Origin: Azolla caroliniana
Lineage: Eukaryota > Plantae > Polypodiophyta
DNA length: 64,000 nt
Direction: 5' to 3'
Assembly: GCA_043228905.1 (NCBI GenBank)
Contig: JBHGNT010000004.1
Location: 2,976,001 to 3,040,000 of the forward strand
This document shows positions 49,919 to 63,952 of the stretch, one piece after another. Below the pieces are notes generated by a model. It was not told the origin of the DNA. It saw only the letters and a program-made list of their open reading frames with translations, and searched no databases. How positions within the stretch are numbered: the first letter of the stretch is position 1; the number at the start of each line of letters is the position of its first letter. The translations under genes were made by a program, and so were the position numbers.

Positions 49919-50792
49919 AGTATCACCATCCATCTCCCCTGTTGGCTTGCCAAACAGTCCTTCTAACTGTAAGTATGTTTTCTTTCTTTGTCGCTTCATT
50001 AGCTTGAGTCGTGCTAAAGCAAGGGAATAGGTTTTCTTCCTTTTTCACCATTCTTCCCGTTTTGTTTTCATAGCGTAAGATTCATATTCAAGCAAAGTTG
50101 GTAGGTTTTTGTTTTTAGCCTCTACTTTAGTTACCCATAGCTTAATCTCTGTGAAATCAGAGAGGCAATATACAATACAATTCAAAGCTCTGTATATCAA
50201 TTTCATTTTGGATTCGCTGCAATTTTTCATCCGTAACGGGCTTCCACTTCTTCACATTTTAATCCTGCTTATTGTTTTTGTAATATCCTTATATTCTTCG
50301 AAATTTTGTCATGTGCACTCGATGATTGTATGTTATCTAAAATGTTTGAAGTTTATATGTATATAATGAATGCATTTCTTTATATTTGTGTTATGTACTG
50401 AATGCCTTGTGGTTTATGTATGAAACTATGAGGAGGTGTGTACGTGTTGAGACAATCTCCATCATTGTTCACAGCAAATAATTTCACTACAAGATCAATA
50501 AAAACTTAATATAAAGTTGTCAAAATGGTTTTGAAAATGATTGGATGGCCTCGATTTTGAAATCATTATATTCATTGTCTCAAAATTTGAAGGTATTTGG
50601 ACCTTCAATTTTCATTTCTATCTTTGTTTTGTATGCAATTTGCTATAGAGACATGTACCTGTGTTCAAGTTTTTGCATGTAAATGTGAATTGCGCACACA
50701 TACGGCGGCTTTATATTAGTACCTTACATGGACACTACGATATACCTCTAATGCTTTCATTTTTCAGATGAACCAGTAAAGGCAACAGCATT

Positions 50793-53169
50793 ATGCACTC
50801 AATTGATTTGCAATCATCTAGTGTCTCTGCTGCTGGTTGTTATCGACTACTAGCATTCTCTTGTGCATCCATCTAAAGTTTGAATTATCATTGTTTTATG
50901 TTTAATATGATTTTTTAAACAATTCAACACATCTCTCTTTTTGCCTAGGATTGGCGTGTTACTATAGCAAAATATATAAATAGTAAAGAGTAATAGTGTT
51001 TTGCTATAGTAAGCCATGTAAATAAATAATAGTCATGATGTGCTGCTACAGGAAGTCATGTTAAGAGTCATGGAACGTTGCTAGAGTAAGCCACATAAAT
51101 AGACTGAGTTGTGGTTGTAAGAATAGATAACAATGCTAGACAGTCTCAGATCATGATTCATGCTCATTCATCTCTGAAAATGAAAGAAAAGGATTCAAAC
51201 ATTTTTACCCATATGAATCAAGTTGTCTTTTAAAAGGAAAATAAAATCATCATTTTGTAGCCATTTCAAATATTTATTTTCATGTGTATATGTGTTGACA
51301 ATGGGTTTCAACAAGTTCAGGGAGTTTCCTTTAGTTAGATCTTGAAACATAATCTCCTATATTGATTGATTTTGGCAAAATAGGTATACTCAATTGATGT
51401 TTTGCATTTAAGAGTGCATGGTATATATTGTATATGGAAAACCATATTGACCATTATTCTCTTAATATGATGAAGAAAGCATTAAAAAATCACATTAAAA
51501 AAACTTCTAATTCCGTAAAAACTGAAGAAAGCATTGATCATTTCTTTTTTTAATGTGCAGCCAATGACTGAGTGAGCTTCATCTGATTGAGTGTACAGGC
51601 ACAGATTTTGCAACTGGCAAGCTTTCGTTTAGTGACATTGAAATTGCTGAAATAACTACATTCGAAAAGGTGTGGAGCGCATATGAAGGAGGATTGGGAA
51701 ACAAAGGAGTATCTTTCTATAAGCCTGTGAATCTTCCTGAGGAATTTCAATGCCTTGGATTTCTAGGCCATCCAAATATCAAGTCTTTGTCAAGTGGAAG
51801 GATTTTAGTTGCAAAGGGAAAGGATCATGATTTTGATCATAAGCCTACCTTACAAAACCCTGTTGATTACACATTGGTGTGGGGCCATGCTGAATCAAAT
51901 GTGAAAGTTAGTGGTCCAGCATATTTCTGGTTGCCCATTGCACCCAATGGCTATAAATCATTGGGATATGTGGTCACAAAGAAACTCGAGAAACCAGGTC
52001 CCAAGGATGTGCTGTGTGTTCTTGATGACCTTACTGATTCTTGTAAAGCAACTGATTCTATTTGGGGAACCGAATCTCCATCTACTTTCAATGTGTGGAA
52101 TGTCGCACCAGTGTTGATTGGGACAGAATCAAAGGGGATCCCAGTAGGTTCCTTCTATTGTAGCATTGGAAACAACACAAGCTCTGTCCCTATTGTGTGC
52201 TTAAAGAATTCGATGTTCTCAATATCATCCATGCCATCACTTCCACAGCTGAAGACCTTGATTAGCAACCATAGCCCTACTTTTTTTTTCCATCCTGAAG
52301 AACTCTACTTCCCTAGCTCAATCTCATGGCTTTTCACCAAGGGGGTGTTATTGCATGCAAAGAAGGATGAGAGGACAATGCTGGTTTCTAATGACGGATC
52401 AAATTTGCCTATGGGTGGAACAGATGATGACGAGTATTGGATAGATTTCCCTAGTGGGAATAACAAGGATGAGATAAAAAAAGGGAATTTATCCACTGCT
52501 CAGGTGTATATCCATGCAAAGCCGATGCTCGGGGCCACATTCACAGATATTGCAGTGTGGATATATTATCCTTTCAACGGGCCAGCCACAGCTAAGGTTG
52601 AGCTTCTTGACTTAAAGCTAGGGAAGATTGGTGAGCATATCTCAGATTGGGAGCATGTTACATTACGGATCAGCAACTTCACCGGAGATCTTGACAAGGT
52701 GTTCTTCTCACAGCATAGTGGCGGTGTGTGGGTTGATGCAATTGATTTGGAGTATAATGATAATGAAGGTGGAAATTGTGTTGTATACTCGGCAAAGTCT
52801 AATCATTCAGCTTATCCACATCCAGGGCTTGTGCTTCAGGGTGATGGTGGGGTTGGTCTCAGGAACGATACGTCTAGAAGCAAATTCTTCCTCAATAGTC
52901 ATGACAGCTACCAAATAGTGTCAGCAAACTATCTAGGGATTGAATTAGCACCTGAAGAACCTCCATGGCTTCAATATATGAGAAAGTGGGGACCCAAAGT
53001 GGAATATGATTCCGAGGAGGAGATTGAAAAAGTGATTAAAAAGATTCCCTTTTTCCTTAGGTCCAAATTAAGAGCTCTTTTGCATAGGCTTCCTAATGAG
53101 GTGTTTGGTGAAGAAGGTCCTACTGGGCCAAAACAGAAGTTTTCATGGGAGGGTGATGAGACAAGATAA
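50793..53169 (+). CDS. Vps62-domain (DUF946-type) protein, about 537 aa
   Basis: The main exon is 51599-53169 (DFATGKL..FEKVW, WLPIAPNGYKSLG, FHPEELYFPSS, TFTDIAVWIYYPFNGPA, GEHISDWEHVTLRISNFTG, EEGPTGPKQKFSWEGDE). A short first coding exon 50793-50835 fits the phase but is less certain. A non-coding exon probably ends at 49968. Confidence 0.9.
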
Positions 53170-54100
53170 GTTTATTCCTGTTTTGAAGCATTTGAAAATA
53201 AATCCACCTTGAGAATCTGCAGATTCATGTGATGTTTAACATTGATTGACCTTTGGCTAATAAAATAATAATTGTCAAAATCAGAGTTCATGGCTTCACA
53301 TTGTTTGCAAAACATTATAGTGGCAACAAATCAATGTAGAATACAATAAATGATGTTAATTCTTTGTCAATAATCTTTTGGTTCCATTATAACTTCAGCA
53401 GATACTGTTTTGCAATCTCATACAAATGCATTTAATACACACGTTTGAATATCCAGAAGCTTATCACATTATGGGATACTCATTGTTGGAAATTCTAGTA
53501 CTCATGGATTCTTATTATGACTTGCAAATTGGAGCAAAATGGACAGCATGGCAGCTATAACGCACTTTGGTTTCAATAGTTAAGATTAATTCAATCAATT
53601 GGATTATGAATCATTAATATATGAGAGAGTCAAGAAGTAAGATTAATGTGTCTATGGGCACTATAAAATTCAAAACATGTTTGTGCAACTCTGAAAAATT
53701 ACAGAGCAAATGTCAAATGTTGACAAAAGTTCATGATATGATCTCATAAAAGTTTCAATCTGTCTCTTACATCCAATTTTGTGAAAAGCTTACTTGGATA
53801 AATCCAATTCTGCAGTAAGTTCACAGATTATATAGTTTGAAGCAAAGAGATTAATTACTACAAGTACTTACAAAAATCATTGGACGGTCACTACATCCAA
53901 TCATAGTATTAGCATAGCATTAGACATATATAGTATCTACTTCTCAAGGTAGTAACATATAATCCCAGGCTGAAGTTCTATGAGCACCATAAGCAACATC
54001 CCTCTAAATGATAGCGATGATGCGGCTGCATTAATGCACTCTGTAGGGGGGTGAACGCTATAGATTGATTTACAATCTTCTACAGATTCTTTCTAGAAAC

Positions 54101-57100
54101 TTATGGTTTACCTTTTATAGCATTGGTCAATCTTAACAGAGCATCCTGATCAACAGAGTTCTGCGATATAGCCTTGCCAACCTGCCAATTTAGATAAGAG
54201 TTCTCTTGTCCAGGTGAATCTTTGCCAGAAAACAGAGCTTTTGGGCTCTCTGCCAGCGGAGATTTGTTGTAAACATTATTCTTTGCCTGCAGAACCTGTG
54301 TGGAATTTTCAGGTTTCTTTCTGTTTGCCAAATTCAATGAAGATCTACCTGATCCAAGCAATGCAGCTGACATTGAGGGAATCTCTGTAATGCGTGTAAG
54401 AGGTCCAGATGTGGTGTTCAATGAAGAGACATCGGTTCCCCTGTTATTATTAATCACTGATGATTCAGTGACTTGTCTTGATTTAAGTGAAGCAGCAGGA
54501 AGCTTCAATCGAGTATTCTGCATGTTGTTGCTGTCGACGTCAACATCTAGCCTAGTCGTTGTGATATTTCGGCTTGTAATGTTTTCAGTGCTACTTGTTG
54601 CAACTTGGGATGCCATTCGACTCTGCAAAAGATTGCCACTTGTTTAACTATTGCACATATAGAGCATTCTTGGCATAGCAGGAGCTGAACATAAAACCTC
54701 ATACCGAATCAAAGAAGCCTAGTTTTGGCGATGGCATACGCAAACCGGATGGCTTATCCCTGGATACCATTCCAGGCTTTTCAAGATGTGATGGTTTTTT
54801 TGTAGTATTGGTAGATATGGCAATTTTAGCAGCTGTAGAGGCAGATTGAGGCCGATGTATTGCTGTAAAAGGAAGCTTCTGCTTTTTACCTCCCTCGGCT
54901 TTTCCAGACAGGCTGAAAGACTTGCTGTTTAATGTACCAGGTTTAGGATGAGAAGTACCCTTCATGGAAACAGATTCAGATGCAAAAGTAACTGATCTTC
55001 TACTTGGTTCCACTTCATCAATTTCCCTCCTTCCAATGGCACCTTGCAGGGAAACGGGAACATCCTTGATCAGTACACTTTGAAATAATGCAAAAGGAGC
55101 ATTGAAATATCTTTAATTAGCATATTAAAGGAGATTTAGAGTACTTGATGTTAAGGAACCCGATCCAAAGTTACGTTTGTCAGTTTCTTTTGTTTTTTGC
55201 GGGTGCTCTGCCTGAGAAGCTTCTATATGAGATGATGTCACAGACTTTTCCTGGAAATCACATTTAATATACACAGTCAATGGAAGACAGAGAAAAGTTT
55301 TTTACATAGTACCACTGAAGTCATGTCAAATGTCAAAATGATATACCTGGTTTAAACAAATGGATTCAACCCTCGATGTCAATGGAGGCTTAGATATGCC
55401 ATGCCTGATTCCAATTAACCCTGCGAGCGAGGGACAAGGTAATGGATGTAAATCAATCAAAGAATCAATTCTACAACATTTCTTTTCATGCCAGACAGAG
55501 TGAAATATTGAAGTAAAAATATGCACTGACAATGTAGGGTAATTATAACCACTCAAATTCATACAAAAAATAACTCCTTGCTAGAATCTTATTAGTAATT
55601 GACATACTAGTAACCATGCATGCAAGGTCTCCTAAGATGCAATGAGATGTAATCAAGATTCCCTGAGATGAGGAAAGAATCTTTATTTAGTGGAGTCTAA
55701 TCTGACGGTTACATTTTTCTCCAGTTACTTATAATTGTCAACATGATGGTCATAGGTCAGTTATTATGGCTTACCATTGCTGTTGCTAAGACACTGCTCA
55801 GGTCGTTTAAGTCCTGTGCCAATGAGGCTATTTACGCTGCTTCTTGAGCTGTGTGTAGTTGCCATTGCCATATTTTGTTGGCTGCTCACACATGAGGTGA
55901 TTCTTTGAGACGATAGATGAGCTTTCGGTATCATGACTGGCTTCAAAAGCTTTGAAGCCTGCGCAAACTGCCTGTCACTACTTGGTTTTGGGTTCCCTGG
56001 GACCTTTTGGAAGGTCTTATTGACAATTGACAACTCCTCAGAATCAAGCACTCCTGCACAAATACATACACAGAAAATAAGCATCTCCAAGTACGCATCA
56101 AGGATCTGAAGATCAGTAGCCTGTTGATATTCATCAAAGTCAAAGCTTACCCTCCTCTGTAATGAATGCATTGTTCCATGCCAAACTTTTCCGGAGGTTA
56201 AATCCATTCTTTTTCTTCTTCGTTTTCAAAACAGGTTCTTCAGTCAATAAAGGCAAATCTACATCCGCTGTCTTCTCAGGGATGTCTTGGAAACTCAAAA
56301 TTTTTTCTTGAAGAAAACTAGTAGCTGAAATGACATCTGTATCCAGCATTTTGTCTGATTCCTCAATCACTGCTCATAGAATTTTGACCATCAGACAAAT
56401 CAGAAATGCAATGCATATATAATCAAATCTAGCACATTTACATGGACTGCAATATTTAAAGCACACAAGAGGAAACAATAAATCAACAGGAAAACATGCA
56501 ATACAATGTTTATACAATCACGTTTCTTCTTCAGATGTCCAAAAGCATGCCAGAGACCATAACGAGGATATCCTGGCAATAGCATGATGGAATCAATGCA
56601 AACATGAGATATTCTGCTTATAACTAACAGATTATCCTCCGTAAAATGATGTCTAAATATATACAGTATTGCCGGATCAGAGGCCATAAGCCCAAACAAC
56701 TAGATTAAAAAGAAAAACTTTGTTTCCATAGGAGTAAAATTCAGACTAATCCCAGCCAAGTTTCAAAATTTTCGAAATTGTCTGCCCACGCCAGACACAG
56801 ACTCTGGAAAATGTGAAGTGCCATGCATTTTTAAAGGTGACAAACAAGGAAAAGTATCCCTCGAATACTGATGGGTAGTAGATACACATAATAGAAGGTA
56901 GCCTCATCATCCCTGGAAATTGGAAAGTCTATCTTTTGCTCCTTACAGAGAACAATTAATGAATCCGTGTGAATTTTCAGACATTCTGGCCTCATCATTT
57001 GTGTGTCCGCTGAGATTGAGACAGGTTGAGGAGGAATACTAAATAAATCACTGGCTTTAAGAGATCCATATCTACGTCCAAAGGAAAAGCAATCACATTC

Positions 57101-57642
57101 GCTCCTCAAAGGTAACCTTTAAATCATTCTACAGAATTCTTTCTAGCCAGAAAAATTCCATTGTAAAGCTACTGAGAGCTACGAGTAACATACTTCCACA
57201 TCTAACGTTACAATCAGTTCTATGATAGTTACAAAAAGAGTAGAGAAGCAGCAAGTGAATGAGGATGACAGGATGAAAAGGCAAAGCATGAGACATCATA
57301 TGAATTCATGGGAAGACACTGTGGTTTGGTAAAATCAGAAAGTGGATAACACTGAAATTGTTGACAGAGAATAGACGAATCAACCTGCAGGAAAGTCACA
57401 TCCTACCGCATCTAGTTCCATAAGCAGAGACCGAAGACGGTGACCAGCGAAAGAAAACGTTAAGTACCTGAAGGAGAGTCATGATCCTGGCTATGGCTAG
57501 ATAGTCCTTCTTTGCTTCCTAGAGGCAGCAAGCTATCATCTTCCAGACAAACATCGAGAAAAGAGAACTGATCCACCATATCCAGAGGGGATGGACTGCA
57601 TAGAGAATGGAGCGAGGTGAGAGCAGCAGTGGCAGGATCCAT
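54101..57642 (-). CDS. Uncharacterised Ser/Lys-rich plant protein with NLRKSLAW..AF.TEEGVLD and KPSGLRMPSPKLGFF motifs
   Basis: Supported exons include 57468-57642, 56151-56369, 55775-56053, 55347-55420, 55145-55250, about 54705-55042 and 54101-54622. Small extra exons near 57385-57411 and a terminal exon near 53937-54040 are possible. Confidence 0.75.
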
Positions 57643-60600
57643 GTTCAAAGCAAGTAGGGAAAGCTCAGAAGAAGAAGACAGCAGGGATCATCAAGGTGGA
57701 AGATAATATAGCAAGTCCGTGAAAATTCTCAGAGAGAAGCTTCTCTGTCCTTCCTGTTTCTCTGATTTGCCTTCTGTGTCGAAACCCTAAATGGCGTTCT
57801 TTCTGTCGATAATCCCTACCTGTCTGACTGACTGAGGCGATCTTTTCTTGCTTCTGCGGCTCTTTGTGTGTGGTATCATGTATGTAATTTACATTTTTAT
57901 TTTTATTTTTATTTTTTGTAATTATTTCTTTTTCCTTGTAATTACGATTATTTGAAATCGCAAAGCGCAATGGCCGTTGGAAAACTATCGGAGAATTTAC
58001 AAATTTAGCCTCACATATGTTTGAGAATATTATTTATCACCCCAAACATAAACACGTGAAAACCTCGCTTTGTGTTTGTGAGAGTGCCTCTCTCTACTTC
58101 TACTAAAAAGTAAAAGAACCCCCTCCTATGTATGTACATACATGTGTATACATTACATATCGCATGTAGGAAATGATATACACATGTATCTTGCTTTGAA
58201 GCAATTCGAATTTGTGTTCAAGATTCCGACCCAATCCGTATCGAATTGTGTATCGTATCGACCCAATGGTATATGGGTAGAAACACTTACCATAAAAGAA
58301 TTACTTTCCTACCCGTCGAAACAATTCCACTTGCTTTCGGTTGTACATTTCAGTTCAGTGTTGCTTGAAACTTATGTTTATCCATTATGAGAATCACAAC
58401 CCCCCTGTGCCCTTTTGATACTCACATTAATTGGCCCAAAAACCACCACGTGTGCCCATTCGTAAAGCTTGTGTCCTTGATATTTCGAAGTGGACACTTT
58501 GGGAGATGTGGTTGCTTTGCACCGAAATATACAAATGTTGACTATTACTGATAGACCCTAGGGTAGGTATTCAAAAGTCATTGCCACAATGTGATTATAA
58601 CTTCTCAACTATGCTCAATGTATTGTTTTCACCAATCTTTGATCACTCAAAAGCTTGCTCCTTGCTAGGATTAAATAACGTTTAAACCTTTATATTATTG
58701 CTATTGCATGATTCACATTGAATTGGATGGGCCTCTCAAGATACATGTTGGAATCCTACCATGTACACATGTTTCAATGTATTGTTTAAAGAGTATACTT
58801 GTCCTTTCTTTATGCACGCATCATCAATGAAACAACTCATATGGCAACAATTTTAGAATGTTTTAGTGATTGTATAATGTAAGTTGCCTTGTATGGTTTT
58901 TGGTGGATAGATCATTGAAGTATAGTGATCTTATGTTTGATGACGTTAAATATGCTCTTCCATTGCCATTAAAGAGAATATCAATTTTTTATTCTCTTCA
59001 ACCCTTCAATTATAAACTTTAACATTAAAAAACTAAAGATACCTTCTAGTTTGAACGTAGTTGGTTAAGACTAGATAATCAAGTGAGAAAATAGGTTCAC
59101 TTAATTGAATGAACGTAGTTGTGGTTTAATAATATTGGGTCAACATACATGTTGACATGTAGGTTGAGAGGGAAACAGAAAAACGTATCCGTAGAGCGTG
59201 AGTGGGCTAGGTGTTGTTTTGCGAATGATGCGGATTCAAATCATTGTATACAAATTTGTGCCAAAGTGGTCCAACACTATTCACGAGGGCATAAATGAGG
59301 GCGTATATGTTGTCTCACGTTCCACTTGTTTTTTGAAAGATGATCATGTGTAAACAAAATTTCTTTACATGAAATGTCCAAACTTGTACACATCCAAATG
59401 TAAACTATTATCAAAGCTTTTGTCATTGGTGACAAAAGGCATGAAATAAAATAGATCCATTTGTAGCACTTTGAATGCATATATATGCTCGAGAGTGGAC
59501 GAAATGTTAGTAGAAGAAGAACATGCTTTGCTCAAAATTTAATTGTTGATGGGGAGGGGCATGGATAGTGTGGGAAAAGCTTCCTTTTTCATCTTCAATA
59601 AAAAGGTTGCCATCTATTATTTGCTTCGGTATTGATGAAACCTGTGTGGGTGTTGAAAACATGCCTTATTTTCCATCTCATCCTATTATGTTGTGTTCCA
59701 ATGATCATCGATGTTGAGGAACCAACAATGGACATGAAAGGCAACCTTCATCTTCTTCATCTCCAATTAGACATGTACTCCAGCAAAGGAGACAAAGAAG
59801 AGGAAATCGACTCACGAGGATAGTGCAACCTTAATCTTCTTCGTCCCCAATTAGATACATTAGACTTGTTCTATGATATACGTACATACGTATGTATATA
59901 ATAAATAAGATGTGTAGCTAGCACTATACACACATATATTTCTTTCTTTCTTTCTATGATTATATATATACATAAATACATACATACATATATGTATATA
60001 ATAAGTAACATGTGTCTAGTTAGCAAGACACACACAAAATGCAAGAGACAAGGAACAAAAGAAGCAAATAAAGGAGGCTCTGGACAGGACGTGTGAACGT
60101 GGCCTTAATTAACGAAGGAGCTCAAAAAAAGAGTTTATTCCATCCATCCATCCATCCATCCATCCATTATGAAAGAAACCTCTGTCTCTGTCTATGTTTT
60201 CCCACATATATAAATAAATACATACATAAATGCTTTAAGAAAAAAAAAAAACATATGTACTGGTGGTATATGTATGTGTATATTCCACCTGCTCTATTTC
60301 TGCAACTCTAGGGTTTGCAGACAAAAGGACCTTTCTGTCTGATTCCTCACTCTCTTTTTTACCCTTCCGTCTGCAGACAAGGACTTCTTCCATCTTGGCG
60401 TCTTCTACGATACTTGTATTAGCTTTCTTTCCTTCTGCAAACCTCTAGGGTGTGCAGACAAAAGCCTTTCTTCTCCTTCTTAGACCCAGTCCTCGCTCAC
60501 TCTTCTGCTTCGAACTGCCGACAGGTATGTATGATTGATTCAGTCCGTTTCTTCCTACTCTTCGTTTTCTCCCTTTTGTCCTTCTCTGCTTAGTTCCAGA

Positions 60601-60806
60601 GATCCTTTCATTTAACGGTTGTCTAATCAATTCTCCATTTTGATTCTTGAATTGGTCATCCCTCGTTCTCCTTCTTCTCTCTCTGAAAGCTTGATCCAAA
60701 TATTTTAATACTTGCCTTCTAATATAATCTCTAAAACCATTCTGGTCTTCTTTCTGGCTCTAGTTCTGCTCTCTTCTCATTATTTCGTTTAGGGAACATT
60801 TGAAAA

Positions 60807-60986
60807 TTCCCAATCAATCCGTCAATTCTGATCAGCGATGTTTTCTGAAAATTGAATCTTTTACTAGTTTGTAATCATTGGCATTCATACGATCCATTCC
60901 CAATCGATCCGTCAATTCTGATCAGTGATGTTTTCTGAAAATTGGATCTTTTACTAGTTTGTAATCATTTACATTCATACAATCGA
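60807..60986. repeat. 90-bp tandem duplication in the likely PK 5'UTR intron
   Basis: TTCCCAATCRATCCGTCAATTCTGATCAG...CATTCATAC starts at both 60807 and 60897. Confidence 0.9.
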
Positions 60987-61143
60987 TTGGATTCAAAATA
61001 GTTTTTGAATCCACCATCAATTTTCAGTTTTGCTTTCTAACTGCTTGATTCAGCTAGCCTTTCTGTCAGTATATGCAAAAGGTTGGATTCCTGTACGGAG
61101 ACCTGCTTTCCAAGACACTAATTTGCGGTTTAATCTTGACAAA

Positions 61144-63952
61144 ATGATGCAATCTTCGCATTTATTGCTGGAGGAGCCAATCCGTCTGGCTTCCATTCTA
61201 GAGCCATCGAAAATTGTGAGTATTTCAAATAGCTCTCACTTCATTGATTTTTAGGAATGTGTTATTTTTCGTGTGCATCACAGCATCAGGTTACTCAGTC
61301 TTTTTATGGAATGCTTTATATTGCATAGGTATCTCAGCATTGTAGAGTATTTGGTTTCTTAAACATTATAGCTGAATGTATCATGCCTGTACCTTTTTGT
61401 ACAGTCATTTTTTCCATCTATGACAAAGATAATTGGAACTCTTGGACCAAAATCACGTTCAGTTGAAGTGATTGAGGCATGCTTAACAGCCGGAATGTCA
61501 GGTAGGACCTTAGGTCCTAGATTCTCTTTAGTAGAAATCAAGAAGGAAATATCAGTTATTTGGAAACTTGGGTATCTTCAGCTGGTTTATTTGTAATTAT
61601 TTGTGCTTATTCCAGTGGCGCGGTTTGATTTCTCATGGGGTGACGAAGAGTATCATCAGGAGACTTTGGAGAATTTGAAGAAGGCAATCAAAAACACTAA
61701 AAAGCTTTGCGCAGTAAGCTTATGAATCACTCATTAAAAAAAAAGGATCTTATTGTGGAAGAGACTTGACTGTAATTTTGACAAGCTTATTTTTGCAATT
61801 CTAGAGGGTTCTAACTGCATGTATTTTTCTTGTAGGACTAATTTTTGCACTATGTGTGTAGGTCATGTTGGACACTGTGGGGCCAGAGCTACAAATTTTC
61901 AACAAGAGTGAAAAGCCCATTGCACTTGAAGTTGATGCAATCGTGACCATAACACCAGATACAAAGCAAGAAGCCTCGTCTAAGATTCTTCCCATTAATT
62001 ATGCTGAACTTGCCAATGTGAGGATTTATTTTTTGTACACTCTGTGATAATCACTTTAATTGTATGGATGATTTTCAGCATAATTTTATTTGATTTCTTT
62101 TGCAATAGGCTGTGAAGCCAGGAGATACCATATTTGTTGGTCAATACTTGTTCACTGGGAGTGAAACAACTTCAGTCTGGCTTGAGGCTAGTTTTCTACC
62201 TATATAACCTTGCAGGCTGTGCTTTCAATACTGTAAAAATTTCCTGAGTAGTTGTATTACATATCAAGAACGTAGGACTCTGTTAACTTTGATAACCCCA
62301 TGCAGGTGAAGGAAATCCAAGATAAAGATATCATCTGCCATGTGAAAAATAGTGCAACTTTGGCGGGTCCACTTTTCACTGCTCATGCATCTCAAGTTCG
62401 TATTGATCTTCCCACATTGACAGAAGTGGATAAGGAGGTATTGTTTAAACGAGATATTGTTGCTGTTGTAGCTATATTGTGTGGCATTGATTTCTCAGAG
62501 TTTGACATTACATTTATGGCTATGATATTTATTTATGGAGAGTAGATTAATAAATATTTTGAAATTTAGTAATCAACGAATTCACTGAAGCAATATGTGC
62601 TGATTGGAGAGTATCTTAATAAATATTTTGAAATTCATGTCAGGCAATTGCAACATGGGGAGTTCGAAATAGCATTGACTTTTTATCTTTGTCTTATACA
62701 CGTCATGCTGAGGATGTCCGGGCGGTATGTCTGTAGTCCAAGGCATCTATTTGCCAAAATTGCTTTGGAAGCAGAGTGATTTGGCATCTGGCTTGTACTA
62801 TTTCCTTGATGTTGATGTTATGTATGGTTGTTCAGGCACGGGCCCATCTTGCAAAGTTTGGGGACTTGAGTCAAACACAGATATTTGCAAAGATTGAGAA
62901 TGTAGAGGTATGGTTTTTATTTGGAGCATAATATTAACTTATTCCCTGTTTGCAAAATCTGTGCTCAAACCAGATTCGAATCAGTGGCAGAAATGTGTTC
63001 TTACTGAATCTTGTTTATAGTTTTTAACCTTGAAGGTTTCTTATGCATGGCTATTCATTCGGAAATAACTTTGCAGGGGCTTAAACATTTTGATGAGATA
63101 CTCCAAGAAGCAGATGGAATCATCCTTTCTCGTGGAAATTTGGGGATTGATCTCCCACCAGAGAAGGTCAGTGAAGGCCTTATTATGGTACATATAAGTA
63201 TGAAATGCACGTCTAATATATACAGGTATGTGGTTTTCAGGTCTTTTTGTTTCAAAAGGCCGCTGTGCACAAATGCAACATGGCTGGAAAACCTGCTGTT
63301 GTCACACGTGTTGTTGATAGTATGACTGATACTCCTCGACCTACTCGTGCAGAAGCAACAGATGTAGCAAATGCGGTTTTGGATGGTACATAATTGGAAT
63401 TATTGCAACGTTGATTGGAAATTTTGTTCTTGCAGCATGTGTCTTCTTCCTAAGATAGATATAAGGTGCATATTCTTTAGTTTCCATGTTTTCGATGCTT
63501 CGAAATATATTGCTGTATTTTTGCTATCTATAGGTACGGATGCTATTCTTTTAGGAGCTGAGACACTTCGTGGTCTTTACCCTGTGGAAACTATCTCAAC
63601 AGTTGGGAAGATATGTGCTGAGGTGATAATTACTTTGCATTTTATATGTAACCTCGGGGTTTTGGATGGATATGCCAAATGATATAACCAACCAACATGT
63701 TGGTTGTTGTGTAGGCTGAGAAAGTTTACAATCAAGGTGTGTATTTCAAGAAAACAGTGAAGTATGTTGGTGAGCCAATGTCACATCTTGAATCAATTGC
63801 TTCATCTGCTGTAAGTTCATGATTCGTGGGAGAAATGTTTTACTGAAGAAAGCCTCAACATCCTGATTTGGCATTTTTGTTCAGGTTCGAGCTGCTGTGA
63901 AGGTGAAGGCATCTGTAATTGTGGTGTTTACATCATCTGGAAGAGCTGCTCG
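61144..63952 (+). CDS. PK: Cytosolic pyruvate kinase, 5' portion (continues beyond the window)
   Basis: Exons 61144-61215, 61405-61501, 61616-61713, 61862-62017, 62109-62186, 62306-62437, 62644-62724, 62836-62907, 63077-63166, 63241-63385, 63534-63622, 63715-63810 and 63885-63952. Motifs include [63 protein letters not shown] and [17 protein letters not shown]. Confidence 0.97.
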
